From contig OZ076419.1 in assembly GCA_964187785.1 (NCBI GenBank), positions 22,816,001 to 22,880,000 on the forward strand: a stretch of 64,000 nucleotides of DNA. The letters run 5' to 3'. The first letter of the stretch is position 1, and each line of letters starts with the position of its first letter. This document shows, in pieces, positions 11,388-23,700 of this stretch. Source of the DNA: Amphiscolops sp. MND2022. Its lineage: Eukaryota. The notes below the pieces were generated by a model. The model saw only the letters and a program-made list of their open reading frames with translations, did no database searches and was not told where the DNA came from. Position numbers and translations under genes: made by a program.

Positions 11388-12750
11388 GGCATAGCAACAA
11401 CTCATCCAGCGACAACACATATCAGGCGACAACTCATATAAGCGACAACTCATATAAGCGACAACTCATATCGAATCGAAAAGGCGAAAACTAATATCAA
11501 TAAATAACTAATATCAATCAGGAAAAAGCGACACCTCATCAGGTTTGCAGTTAAATTACAAAGATCCAAATTATAATTCAAAAACATTTCATAATTGTTC
11601 TATTTGTTCGATAATTAACTACGATTGGACATTCATGCGTTCTAAACTCCAAACTTTAAACGTTCTACTGAAGATTACTTTCTTTGCAAACCTTGATCAA
11701 GACACCGAATAAAATATCTTGAACGTTTCGCAAATTTTGTAGGTTAATTCGCAAGTTGTAGTTTGTTCGCAAGTTAATTTATCATGATGTTGTAGAACTT
11801 CCAGAAGAACTTCCATGCAACAAAACTTCACATGTTCAATTGAATTTTATCAAGCTGTTTGTAAGATGTATCCTAAACTTGGCGGCAGTTCGCAGCCACA
11901 ACGTGTAGCAGGTTTCATTAAGAAGCAGCTCTAATTTTGGAGGAAGCTGAGACTTCATCAAATTTACAGCCGCCACGTAACTTTCTTAGAATTTTTTGTA
12001 GTTTTTGGAAACATTTGTTTGAAATTTCCGCGTAAAATATACAAAGTTTAGAAAATGTATATTTTGACGAAATTTTATCAAATTCACATTTTTTCTCGAA
12101 TTCCACAATGTTGAAAAAAAATTGTCAAAAAATATTGGTAAATCATTTGCCACCAAGTCTCCTAAGGATGCGGATAAAACTTGATTGAAAAATGTTTTCG
12201 ATTTCAAATATTCATCATTTTTCTGAAATTCTAAGAAATCCTATGGCGATACATGTGTTTCAGTGTTCATAGCCACAAAATACGGTATATGTTTACTGAT
12301 TTCAACTGAAATCTCAAGCAAGACAATTCAATAGGTCCGGGAGATCATAGAAAATCTCCGAAAATGTTTAAGTTCGGAAAAAATGAACTTAAGCCTCTCA
12401 AATATCGAAAAAACTCAATTTTCAATTGAAATTTCTTTTGAAATTTATAAATTCCAACTTTCTCAATATGGGTTGTTGAAATTACAAACAAACATTTTGA
12501 AAACATTGAAAACTTCCCAGCATATTCAACTAGGGGTTGTGATAATCAAATGACTATCCAAGCACAGCTATTGACGAAAACATGCTGTTCATACACTATG
12601 ATTTTTAATACAACAACTGCTTAACAATTATTTTCTCAGATCATTCACCAACTTATTTGTAGAAAAAGCATTAAACGTTTCTTGTTATATAGTTTAAATT
12701 TAGTTATGATTGATATTTTTCGCTTGATATGAGTTGTCTTTTGATGTGAT
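11388..12750. mobile_element. Left part of a foldback/MITE-like element with GCGACAACTCATAT subterminal repeats, interrupted by the Gypsy; right arm resumes at 28912-29004
   Basis: Tandem gcgacaactcatat at 11400-11535; reverse-complement atatgagttgtc units at 12720-12750 and 28912-29004; 9-bp direct repeat aaatttatc at 11379-11387 and 29005-29013. Confidence 0.5.
11820..11990 (-). repeat. Internal fragment of the CCCT...AGGG MITE family
   Basis: ttatcaagctg...ttggcggca...gcaggtttcattaagaagcag matches 30935-31030 and the reverse complement of 10400-10510. Confidence 0.6.
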
Positions 12751-13001
12751 TGTTATACGCTGTAACACCAATACCGAATTATTCGGTTCATAGACTATCA
12801 AACTGTCAAAGAATCTGAATGCCAAATGTGCAATAATGATTCTATTTATGTTGGTACATATTTATATACAATATTACATTATGTACATTAGATTAGTTTG
12901 ATAGAGAATCATTAGTATTTATTTTTACATAAAAATCAGTTGGTACCAAATTGAAGACTTTATAGACACCTCATCTTCTTATAAATCTTCAAAATAGAAC
13001 A
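12751..13001 (+). repeat. 5' LTR of Gypsy copy 2
   Basis: TG...CA, homologous to 28652-28911, followed directly by the PBS. Confidence 0.9.
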
Positions 13002-13015
13002 TGGCGCAATCAGCA
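13002..13015 (+). promoter_or_regulatory. Primer-binding site, degenerate tRNA-Ser type
   Basis: tggcgcaatcagca resembles TGGCGTAGTCGGCA, the complement of a tRNA-Ser 3' end. Confidence 0.55.
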
Positions 13016-16000
13016 ATTCAATTTATCTAGTAACATTATTCTATCGAAACCAAGAAGATGACGGAAGAAATAAAAATCGAAGTACCAAACTTCGTAGCAA
13101 TTACCAAAGGAAAGAAGACATATACACCGAAACAATGGCTTTAAAGATTTCGGCAATACACGAAGAGAAAACACAAAATAGACATAGCAGAATTATACGG
13201 GGAGCCGAAATGACACAAACAAGTTGGCCGGAAAAGCAAAGAGAAGTACAAGAAGACTTTATCTGGGACATTGGCCCAGAAGCATTGTATCAGATGACAC
13301 GGGCAGAAAACAAAACTGAACCGGACAAAAAAGCGATCAAAGACTTGATACGACTATTCAACGAAAACTTCTTTCCGAAAAAAATATGTACCACAACCGA
13401 ACTGAATTCTTCGGAACAAAGCAGACCGAAACAGAAACCCCGGAGGAATTCTGGTGGAGACTGATATAATTGGCAAAAGAAAGCAACTTCGAAACTATAA
13501 CAGCCGAAGAACTACTCGCATCAAATTTTATGCCTACAATTACGGACAAAAAACTACGAGACATATCGATGAAAGAGAAAAAAGTCGAAATGAAGAAAAC
13601 GAGTAAAATGACAATACAAAACACGAAAAGAAGAACAACAAAAACACAATACCGGAAGCACTTATATCCAACCAAGGAAAAGAGATGAAAGAAGAGAAGC
13701 GATCCAAAGAATGGACAAAACAGAATAAAGTGTGGAAAAAACAGAATGGAAAAACAATAAACCGTGTAAATTCTGCAAGGCACTGATCTGGAACCCAACA
13801 CGCATTTGTCACGCACTAGAACAAACATGCAATAATTGCGGGAAAAAGCGCCACTTCGCGACAGCCTGCAGATCAATAAACAAATACAGACGGAAGATAC
13901 GGAATTAGAATGAGTGCACAGCGATTGCAGAAGAAACTGTCGAATCAGAATCCAGCGTCTAAAGAATTGAAAGAATCAACAGAATAGTAGACAAAAACAA
14001 GTAACTGACAACGACCGTGGGAATAAACGGAACAGAAAAAACCTTCATAATAGATACCGGATCACCAATCTCAATAACGCCGGCGGACAAAGAAATAATG
14101 AAAGAAACCGAAATACAAAAAATCAAACACCGATATCAAGACGTGAACAAGAACGAAGTAGAATTCCGGGCAAAGAGACCGATAGACATCGAATACGAGA
14201 AAAATGAACAAAAATGCAATTACTAATTATCGAAAGAAATGATCTAAAGCGACTACTGGGATTGAACTGGCTAAAGAAACTCACGTTAACAATCCGAGTT
14301 GACAATAACCACCAATCAGAAAAGAGAAGAGTAATCAGTTAGTTCCCGGACTTATTCAAAAACAACACCACTATCAAAGATGCCGAAATTAACATACAAC
14401 TGAAACCTGATATTATCCGGTAAAACAAAAGGTAAGACCGACACCACTACACAACCGGGTACAGTCGGAAAGGATTTAGAGAAACTACAAAGTCAGGAGA
14501 CCTGGAGAGAGTGGAACAAGTAGATGAAGATTGTTGTGTTTCACCGGTAGTAATAACCGAAAAAACGATATATCGGTAAAAATTGCTTTAGACTCACGGA
14601 AACTAAATGACAGTTGTAAAAAATTCAACCGCACATGCCAAATAGAGAGGAACTTCTGAATCAAAATTCGGTTTAAACAACTAATGACCGAACAAAGGAA
14701 CTCACGTTGTCGAAAACAGATCTGGACTACGCATACCGCCAGAAGACATTATCAGAAGAAACAATCCGACTAGGCGAATTCGCCAAACCGGAGGTAATTT
14801 TAGCGTAAACTACCGATTCAAAAAGAGCTTGTATGGATTTGCCCAAATCCCACAATATTTCAAGAAAAAATTGATCGAACATTAGAATTTTGTACACCGG
14901 CATGGCTGGATGACCTAATAGTGGTAACGCGAGGAATTAAAGAAGAGCAAGAGAAGAAAATGTTCCAAGTGTTGAGAAAATTTGAAAAAAATGGACACTG
15001 AGCAAGCGAGAAAAAAATCGGAAAAAAATGACAAAATAAAATGACATGTCAGGGAAACGAAATTGACTCGAACAATGAGAAAGTGAAACCAATACTGGAA
15101 GTGAAACACCCGGAAATGAAAAACAACTGAAATCATTCCTTGGGGCGATACAATATCCTGCAAAACTTCTACCGAGACTATCAGAACGAACCGATACAGT
15201 ACGACAGTTAATAAAAAAACACCGAGTGGAAGTGGGGAGAGGAACGAGAGCGAAACTTCACATCTATAGAAAAAATGCTTACCGAAGAGCCGGAATTAGC
15301 ACACTATGCAAAAGACAAAGGCTACTTAGTAACCACCAACGCAAGCAAAACCGGCCTCGGGATTACATTGTGGCCAAAGCAATCGGACGGCGTAATGACA
15401 CCGATAGCATTCGTTAGTAAATTTCTAACTGACACCGAAAAAAAACTATTCAACGGAGATTTAGAAACACTAGCAGTTGTTTGATGATTATAAAAACTTC
15501 GATTTTATCTATACGGAAAGGTATATTTTTATAACGATCATCAAGCTCTTGAACCGCTAATTAACCGAAATAGATGAAACAAACAATACAGCGCAAGATT
15601 AACTGCTTGACCGGCTAGCACACATTGATATTGCTATACAACATTTAGCCGGAAGCAACCTGAAAGTCACCGATTTTCTCAGCAAAAATTTTGTGGAGCG
15701 TGCTACGACCGAAAACGTATACGATGAACTATAAGTGATAAATATTCTCAAAGAACAAGCAGAATTGAATTTAAAATACGGCAGCATCTTTGCAAGAGAA
15801 TCACAAAACAAACCGCACTAAGTGAAGACACACGAGAACAAAGAGTTAACCAGAAAACGACAAAGCTACCAAGAAAAAACCGAAGCGTAAAAAACTAAAA
15901 GAACAAACAGAAACCAGTCCAATAAACAACTTGCAAAATTCCAAACGCGAACATTAAAAAACAACTGAATTACCATTGCCGCATCATCAAAACAAAATGG

Positions 16001-16311
16001 ACCGAAACAATTTCCATTGCGGTGCATCGGCCAAAATCATGGAAAGTATTCGGAATAGAAGGAAGAATCCAGAAACAATACGGTTGATGGAAAAAAGGTT
16101 AGATATCGCGAGACCCGGGACAATAAGAAGGAGATATGACTAGAATGCGCAGAGAAGAACTTGGGTCCTGTCTAGTCCCAACAAAAGAAGCAGAAAAGAT
16201 ATCGCGGAAATAGACGGCGAGTAAATCATCCGGGCAAACAGACTGGGTGGAGGCTACCTACCGATAGCAGCAAATGATATCGAACAAAACGGAAAAAAAG
16301 AAGTAGAGCCC

Positions 16312-16741
16312 TGTTGTGACTCAACATTTTTTGATCGATGAATTTCTTTGATTGTGATTCATACGTGAAATCGTTTGAGTAGTTTTTCAATTGTTGTTTA
16401 ACCCGTATTACTCATAGCAAAATCTTCTCGATGAAATTATTTGAAAACTAATCTTTGGACCTTTGCAAGATATAGAAACGAAACTCAAGAAAAGAAAAGA
16501 GAAAGAGGAAACCAAATCCTCGGGTAAATACATTTCGAAACTGTCCCCTCTGTGTTATCCCTCCTCTTTTCTGATTACTCTTATATAACAAAAATACTTT
16601 ATATAATATCAGTTATTTTACTGGTCTCAACCTTTTGCTATTCTTAGTCAGTGTTTCCGGGCATTTCCTGACCAATCAATTTATGGCCACTGTCCCGACG
16701 ACTGCTACGACGAATTCACCCATTATGCGAGGTTAGTAACA
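16312..16741 (+). repeat. 5' LTR of nested BEL/Pao (430 bp)
   Basis: Direct repeat of 26336-26764, about 30 differences by eye. Confidence 0.95.
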
Positions 16742-16747
16742 TAATTT

Positions 16748-16761
16748 TGGCGCCCAATGTG
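16748..16761 (+). promoter_or_regulatory. Primer-binding site, tRNA-Lys(CUU) type
   Basis: tggcgcccaatgtg versus canonical TGGCGCCCAACGTG, 6 nt after the LTR. Confidence 0.7.
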
Positions 16762-17000
16762 TAAAGTTGATCCCATTCTTCGTGTCTGTTACCACGTTGG
16801 TTCCAACTCGTTTCGTCTCTGGGATTCTTCCTTCTAATTAATCCAATCTTCGTTACGTCTCCTGTTCATCCGTCGCTTTTGTTTTATTTGATATACTCGA
16901 ACAACTTTGAGGAGCATAAACTTTTGTTTGATCTACTTTTTCATTCGTTTCGTTATGATCCGCATTTGTTACGTTATTATCATCTTTTACGTCTTTCATT

Positions 17001-17573
17001 ATGTTTTTCATCGGAGCCAGCTGTCCTAAAGTCAACGTCCATCCCTCATTCCTTTCGTTATTCACTCTCCAAAAGATCCTTTGCAATAAGAGGACTCAGT
17101 TTCAACACTTCTTCGAATTATCGTTTCAAAGTTTTGCAAAATCTTCTTCGTCGTGGCCCACTAGCACGCAAACAAAACATAGTCATTTGGCACGACGTCA
17201 TTAGTAACAGTCTCTCGAAGCATCAGAGCAACAATTACACATCACTGTCACCTGAAGAGTTGATTCAACTGCTCTTTGAATTCCGAACTCGCATCCGCGC
17301 CATTGTTTACGTTCAACGGAGCGGAAGTCCAAACATCCTGAAAGAACTTTTTTCATCTGGAATCCTCATTTTAGACGCTCAAAATAAATTGTTGTCTCAA
17401 CGAAAACGAGGACTCCTTCTGTCATCCGTTCGTTGAGTAGTGTTCACCCTTCGCTTGCCTTGGATTCCCATCTACTTCGCATTGTAGTCAAGCATCAACA
17501 AAACCTTGTTTCACTCCTGAAAAACAGCGCAAAAACAAGCGAGACAGGCTGTCCTCCCAGGCTCATCAATAAC
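17001..17573 (+). pseudogene. Accessory ORF upstream of gag, SGNH/GDSL hydrolase-like, with frameshifts
   Basis: Reconstructed across frameshifts near 17025, 17405 and 17525: MFFIGASC-LKSTSIPHSFRYSLSKRSFAIRGLSF...QNIVIWHDVISNSL...AIVYVQRSG...LSSVHPSLALDSHLLRIVVKH...KQRKNKRDRLSSQAHQ*; motifs occur in SGNH block I, II, III, V order. Confidence 0.55.
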
Positions 17574-17720
17574 ATCTGTTGCTGACGACTTTTTGATCCT
17601 TGTGACACTCAAAGTGCGTTAACTCGCACGGGTCAATCAGGGTGTGATTAGTCGTTCGTAACATTTTTCCAGAAAAAGGAACATCTTTCGTTTCCATCCA
17701 AATTTTTCAGCTGCTTCGCA

Positions 17721-20700
17721 ATGCCTCCCAAAACTTATAATTTACGCAATCCTGAGACGTCTAACTGTGACGATGCCCATGTTGACGTCTCGGCCGACAC
17801 TCAAACTGTCGACTCTGAGCCTTCTGAAATCAACACTATCCACAGTCTCATTTTGTTACAGCAGGAAGAAGTTGCAAGTTTGTTATCTTTTGGCAATGTT
17901 TTGCTGACTAACTACACAGATTTTGATGATATTAGTTCCGTTACGTCGGAATTAACAGTTGCTGAAGCTGAGCTTGTTCGATTGACGAAGTCTTTAGCCC
18001 TTCACGTCTCAACCACAGACTTCGCACCTCATGCCAACAAATTGACATCTATCAAACTCGACATTCGTCGCTTCAAGGTATCTGTGGCTAGAAGCAAAAG
18101 GTCCTCTTGTAGTGGTAGTAACTCTAACGATCCTCCGGCACCGGCCGCTGCAATTTCTGACCTTCTTTCTTCATCGTCTTCGCATCATCCCCACGGAGAC
18201 GACTCTACTGCTGTACCTCCATTAACCAATGCCGTTTCATTTTCATCAACCACTTTTTGAGCCCAATATGCCATTGTCAAACAATCTTCAAACTAATCCG
18301 TTCGGTATTACGCAATCGGTCGACACATCTACGCATGAAAATGCTATTGATCCAGCGTCCATCAGCACGACCAACGGCCTTCATGGCAATACAGACACTG
18401 TGCCACCGCCACGTGGACTGACCTTGCAAAAAATTCAACCACCTGTTTTCCAGGGCAATCCCTTGGCTTGGTTAGATTGATTTGGTCTTTTTTCCGCTAC
18501 CATCGACAGCGCTGCAATTTCGCCAGCGGAAAAGATCATCCACTTACAAACTCTTGTCTCTGGAGAACCAAAAGCAATAATTGCAGGTTATGGTTGTAAT
18601 CCCGCGATGTACCAGTATGCACTATCTAGATTGAAGTCAACATACGGCAAACCTGATTGTATTGTGATGTCATTTCTTCAACGTCTCTGAAGATTCAGGC
18701 AGCCATCAACTGATGATTAGAATTCCATCACGAGCTATGCAAAATTCATCTCTTCTCTTGTCGATACCTTCACACAATTAATATTTCTCCATGACATTCC
18801 CTCCACCGTCAATCTTACCAGTGCACTTTCGAAACTGCCGGCCGATGTTAGGCTAAATTGGAATCGCCACGTGCTTTCGCAAAACATCGAAGACCCGTCC
18901 TTCAGAAATTTTGCTCCTTGGCTTCAGAAATTCGCTACAGCTTGTCGTGACAGCTTTATTCCTTTCTCTGACACTAATCACAACGGACGTTCCTCCTCAT
19001 CAACAAATGCGCGAGCTCAAGGCCACAATTCCAAAACACCGTTCGTCAAACCGTCTTTTCAGTCTAGTTTATATCCGGAGAAGAAAGGTTGTGTCTACTT
19101 GGGGAGCTGCAAGCATTTCAAAGCATTTTCTCCAATAGACCGCAAAAATTACGCTAAGAAGTACCACTTGTGCTTCAATTGTTTAAAGGGTCAAAACTTC
19201 AATGATTGCAAGTCAACAAAAGTTTGTCAGCATCCTGGATGTATGAAAAAAAAACACCACACCTTGCTCCATAATGACAGACAAGGTCAAAATCAAATTC
19301 AATCTTCCACATTGTCCACTTTGCGGCTGCTAAACCCCGGTCTCCGTCCAATTGTGCCTGTGACTGTTTCATCGGGTGGTAAAACTGCAGACGTGTTCGC
19401 TCTTCTAGACACAGGCAGGTCAGTGTCTTTGATCACCAAGAAAATTGCTGAACATTTAGTCGGTCACTTACCAGAGTCGTCCCCTATTCTTCTTGAAGGC
19501 GTCAACACTACATCAACAGTTGCTGCTATATCACTCGACTTGACAATTGCTCCTTAAAAAGCCGCAACGGCAATGTCATTGCGCAATGTTTTGGCGGTGC
19601 CTACCTTGAACCTCCAAACATTTGATTCAGCTCCCATCAATTCATTGTGCCAACAGTAGCCTCACTTGCAACACGTCTCATTTCCGTACCTAAAAGAATC
19701 GACTGTCGATCTTCTCATCGGTTCAGATCAATTTGACCTCATTCATAGTCGTACTGTGATTCGAGGGCCACCCAACACACCTTGTGCTATGTCGACAAAA
19801 CTTGGTTGGACAATTGCCGGTCGTTCGATACTTCCGACAACAGCTGCCACATACGTTACAAATATTCGATCTCGACATGAAGCCCTCTTCCAGCAAGTTC
19901 AAGAGTGGATGCACATTGACTGCTCTGGCATCACGATTAGCAAAAAGAGTCTGTCTGCTGAAGATCTGCAAGCTCTCTCCATCTTGAAGAAAACTACCAA
20001 ACTTGTTGACGAACACTATGAAATTGGCCTCCATTGGAAAAACTATGTCTCTCTGCCTAACAACAAATGGGTAGCTCAAAAACAGCTATCGTCACTTGAA
20101 ATCAAGTTGGCACGAAAACCTCAACTAGGTTCTCTTTACGAAGCGTCCATTGCGACCGACATTGAGAAGGGATACGTGTCTGTTGTACCTGACTCCGAAG
20201 CGAATCGAGAAGACGCTTGGTATCTTCCACATCATCCTGCAACCAATGTAAATAAACCCGGTAAAATTCGAAGAGTAACCAATGCATCATCAGTTTATCA
20301 AGGTACTTCGCTGAATTCTAGTCTTCTGAAAGGACCTGACTTGTTGTGTAACCTTACTGGTTTGATTATGCGCTTTCGCGAAAAATGTGTTGCCTTATCC
20401 GCTGACATTGAAGCAATGTTCATGCAAGTTTCCGTACCCCCTTCAGAGAGACGCTTCTTACGATATTTATGGCGTAACGAAGTTCATGAGTACAATCGCC
20501 ATATTTTTGGTGCCACAGATTCACCCTGTGCTGCTTGCTACGATGTTCGACAATGCGCCGAGGACAACAAAACTGCCTCTCTTGACGCTCCAAATTTGGT
20601 CGCTCGTCACATCTACATGGACGATCTCTATGTGTCGACTGATACCCTCGGAGAAGCAAAGAATTTGCGAACAGTCCTCCAAACAGTTTTAGCAACCGGT

Positions 20701-23700
20701 GGTTTCAATTTAACGAAATGGACGTCCAACAACCTTGAATTCAATCAGTCCATTCCGGAGTCCGACAGATCGAATTCAGCACCAATCAATACAAACAAGA
20801 AAGTTATTGACAGAGTATTAGGCGTGAAATGGAATACGATTGACGATTGCTATCTTTTGGAACCTACCAATTTTCAAGACACTCCAAAAATGCTAACCCA
20901 AAGAACACTACTGAAGTACGTTTCTTCAATTTTTGACCCTCTTAGTATGTCGTCACCTATTCAAATTCGCGTTTGCACCTCTTTTTAGCTAATTTGGAAG
21001 GGTAACCAGCATTGGGATCGTCCCATCGCGCTTGCAGATTATCCTGAGCTGAAAAATTTTTTCGAAGATGTAGCGAACCTTTCGACAGTTCACATCAAGC
21101 GACATTATTTCGAAGCTTCCAAACAACCAGTTCATGAAGAATTAGACGTTTTTAACGATGCTTCTGAAAAAGCAGTAGCCAATGTTGTATTTCTTCGTAC
21201 AGTTTTCGTGAGTCTCAGTTTCATTCTAGGAAAAGCTCGAGTAGCACCAATCAAAAGAATGACGACCCCTAATCTCGAACTATTGGCAGCAACGAACGGG
21301 GCCAAACTGGCTCAATTCATCAAGAAGAGCAAAACTTTTCTTTTGACGCACTTGTATATTGGACAGACAGCACTACAGTTCTATCTTGGATCAACTCATC
21401 CGAGAGCCGATACAAAATTTTCATAGCCAACCGTATATCCATCATTCTCTCAACTTCGACTGTGTCGCAGTGGCGTTACGTTCCCACAGACTTGAATCCG
21501 GCCGACAATGGTACTAGAGGAATACCGGTTTCAATTTTCACATCCGAGTCACGATGGCTCAAAGGACCTGATTTTCTTCCGAAAATCCAGAGACTTGGCC
21601 AAAAAGACCAAACATCGCACCCGAACGTCCAAATTCTTGTTTTCCTCTGCACCCGATTGACGCAATCGTATCTTTTCTTCAAAATTTTAGTCAATGGACT
21701 CGTCTCCTCAAAACCGTTGCATTCTGTTATTTATTGTTGGACAAACACCGTCGTATCAACGATAGACTGGGTGTTGCTCACCTTATGAAATCGTTCCGAT
21801 GGATCTTATTGGAGACTCAACGAACTTCGTTTCCGGAAGAAATCAACGCTCTAAGGAATCAAAAACCTCCTGCGTCTAACTCACGAATATCCTCGCTCTC
21901 TCCATTTCGTGATCGTCAAGGTCTTCTTCGAAACTGGCGAAACATCAGTGCACTTTCGAAACTGCCGGCCGATGTTAGGCTAAATTGGAATCGCCACGTG
22001 CTTTCGCAAAACATCGAAGACCCGTCCTTCAGAAATTTTGCTCCTTGGCTTCAGAAATTCGCTACAGCTTGTCGTGACAGCTTTATTCCTTTCTCTGACA
22101 CTAATCACAACGGACGTTCCTCCTCATCAACAAATGCGCGAGCTCAAGGCCACAATTCCAAAACACCGTTCGTCAAACCGTCTTTTCAGTCTAGTTTATA
22201 TCCGGAGAAGAAAGGTTGTGTCTACTTGGGGAGCTGCAAGCATTTCAAAGCATTTTCTCCAATAGACCGCAAAAATTACGCTAAGAAGTACCACTTGTGC
22301 TTCAATTGTTTAAAGGGTCAAAACTTCAATGATTGCAAGTCAACAAAAGTTTGTCAGCATCCTGGATGTATGAAAAAAAACACCACACCTTGCTCCATAA
22401 TGACAGACAAGGTCAAAATCAAATTCAATCTTCCACATTGTCCACTTTGCGGCTGCTAAACCCCGGTCTCCGTCCAATTGTGCCTGTGACTGTTTCATCG
22501 GGTGGTAAAACTGCAGACGTGTTCGCTCTTCTAGACACAGGCAGGTCAGTGTCTTTGATCACCAAGAAAATTGCTGAACATTTAGTCGGTCACTTACCAG
22601 AGTCGTCCCCTATTCTTCTTGAAGGCGTCAACACTACATCAACAGTTGCTGCTATATCACTCGACTTGACAATTGCTCCTTACAAAGCCGCAACGGCAAT
22701 GTCATTGCGCAATGTTTTGGCGGTGCCTACCTTGAACCTCCAAACATTTGATTCAGCTCCCATCAATTCATTGTGCCAACAGTAGCCTCACTTGCAACAC
22801 GTCTCATTTCCGTACCTAAAAGAATCGACTGTCGATCTTCTCATCGGTTCAGATCAATTTGACCTCATTCATAGTCGTACTGTGATTCGAGGGCCACCCA
22901 ACACACCTTGTGCTATGTCGACAAAACTTGGTTGGACAATTGCCGGTCGTTCGATACTTCCGACAACAGCTGCCACAAACGTTACAAATATTCGATCTCG
23001 ACATGAAGCCCTCTTCCAGCAAGTTCAAGAGTGGATGCACATTGACTGCTCTGGCATCACGATTAGCAAAAAGAGTCTGTCTGCTGAAGATCTGCAAGCT
23101 CTCTCCATCTTGAAGAAAACTACCAAACTTGTTGACGAACACTATGAAATTGGCCTCCATTGGAAAAACTATGTCTCTCTGCCTAGCAACAAATGGGTAG
23201 CTCAAAAACAGCTATCGTCACTTGAAATCAAGTTGGCACGAAAACCTCAACTAGGTTCTCTTTACGAAGCGTCCATTGCGACCGACATTGAGAAGGGATA
23301 CGTGTCTGTTGTACCTGACTCCGAAGCGAATCGAGAAGACGCTTGGTATCTTCCACATCATCCTGCAACCAATGTAAATAAACCCGGTAAAATTCGAAGA
23401 GTAACCAATGCATCATCAGTTTATCAAGGTACTTCGCTGAATTCTAGTCTTCTGAAAGGACCTGACTTGTTGTGTAACCTTACTGGTTTGATTATGCGCT
23501 TTCGCGAAAAATGTGTTGCCTTATCCGCTGACATTGAAGCAATGTTCATGCAAGTTTCCGTACCCCCTTCAGAGAGACGCTTCTTACGATATTTATGGCG
23601 TAACGAAGTTCATGAGTACAATCGCCATATTTTTGGTGCCACAGAATCACCCTGTGCTGCTTGCTACGATGTTCGACAATGCGCCGAGGACAACAAAACT

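Noticed and set aside
11400-11540. Regular 14-17-bp repeats that could be mistaken for a CRISPR array
   Set aside because: No unique spacers, no cas genes, eukaryotic context; they are subterminal repeats mirrored at 12720 and 28912-29004.
16879-17000. N-terminal 41 codons of the 185-aa ORF-track call
   Set aside because: Non-ATG start and T-rich leader; the plausible start is ATG 17001 in the neighbouring frame.
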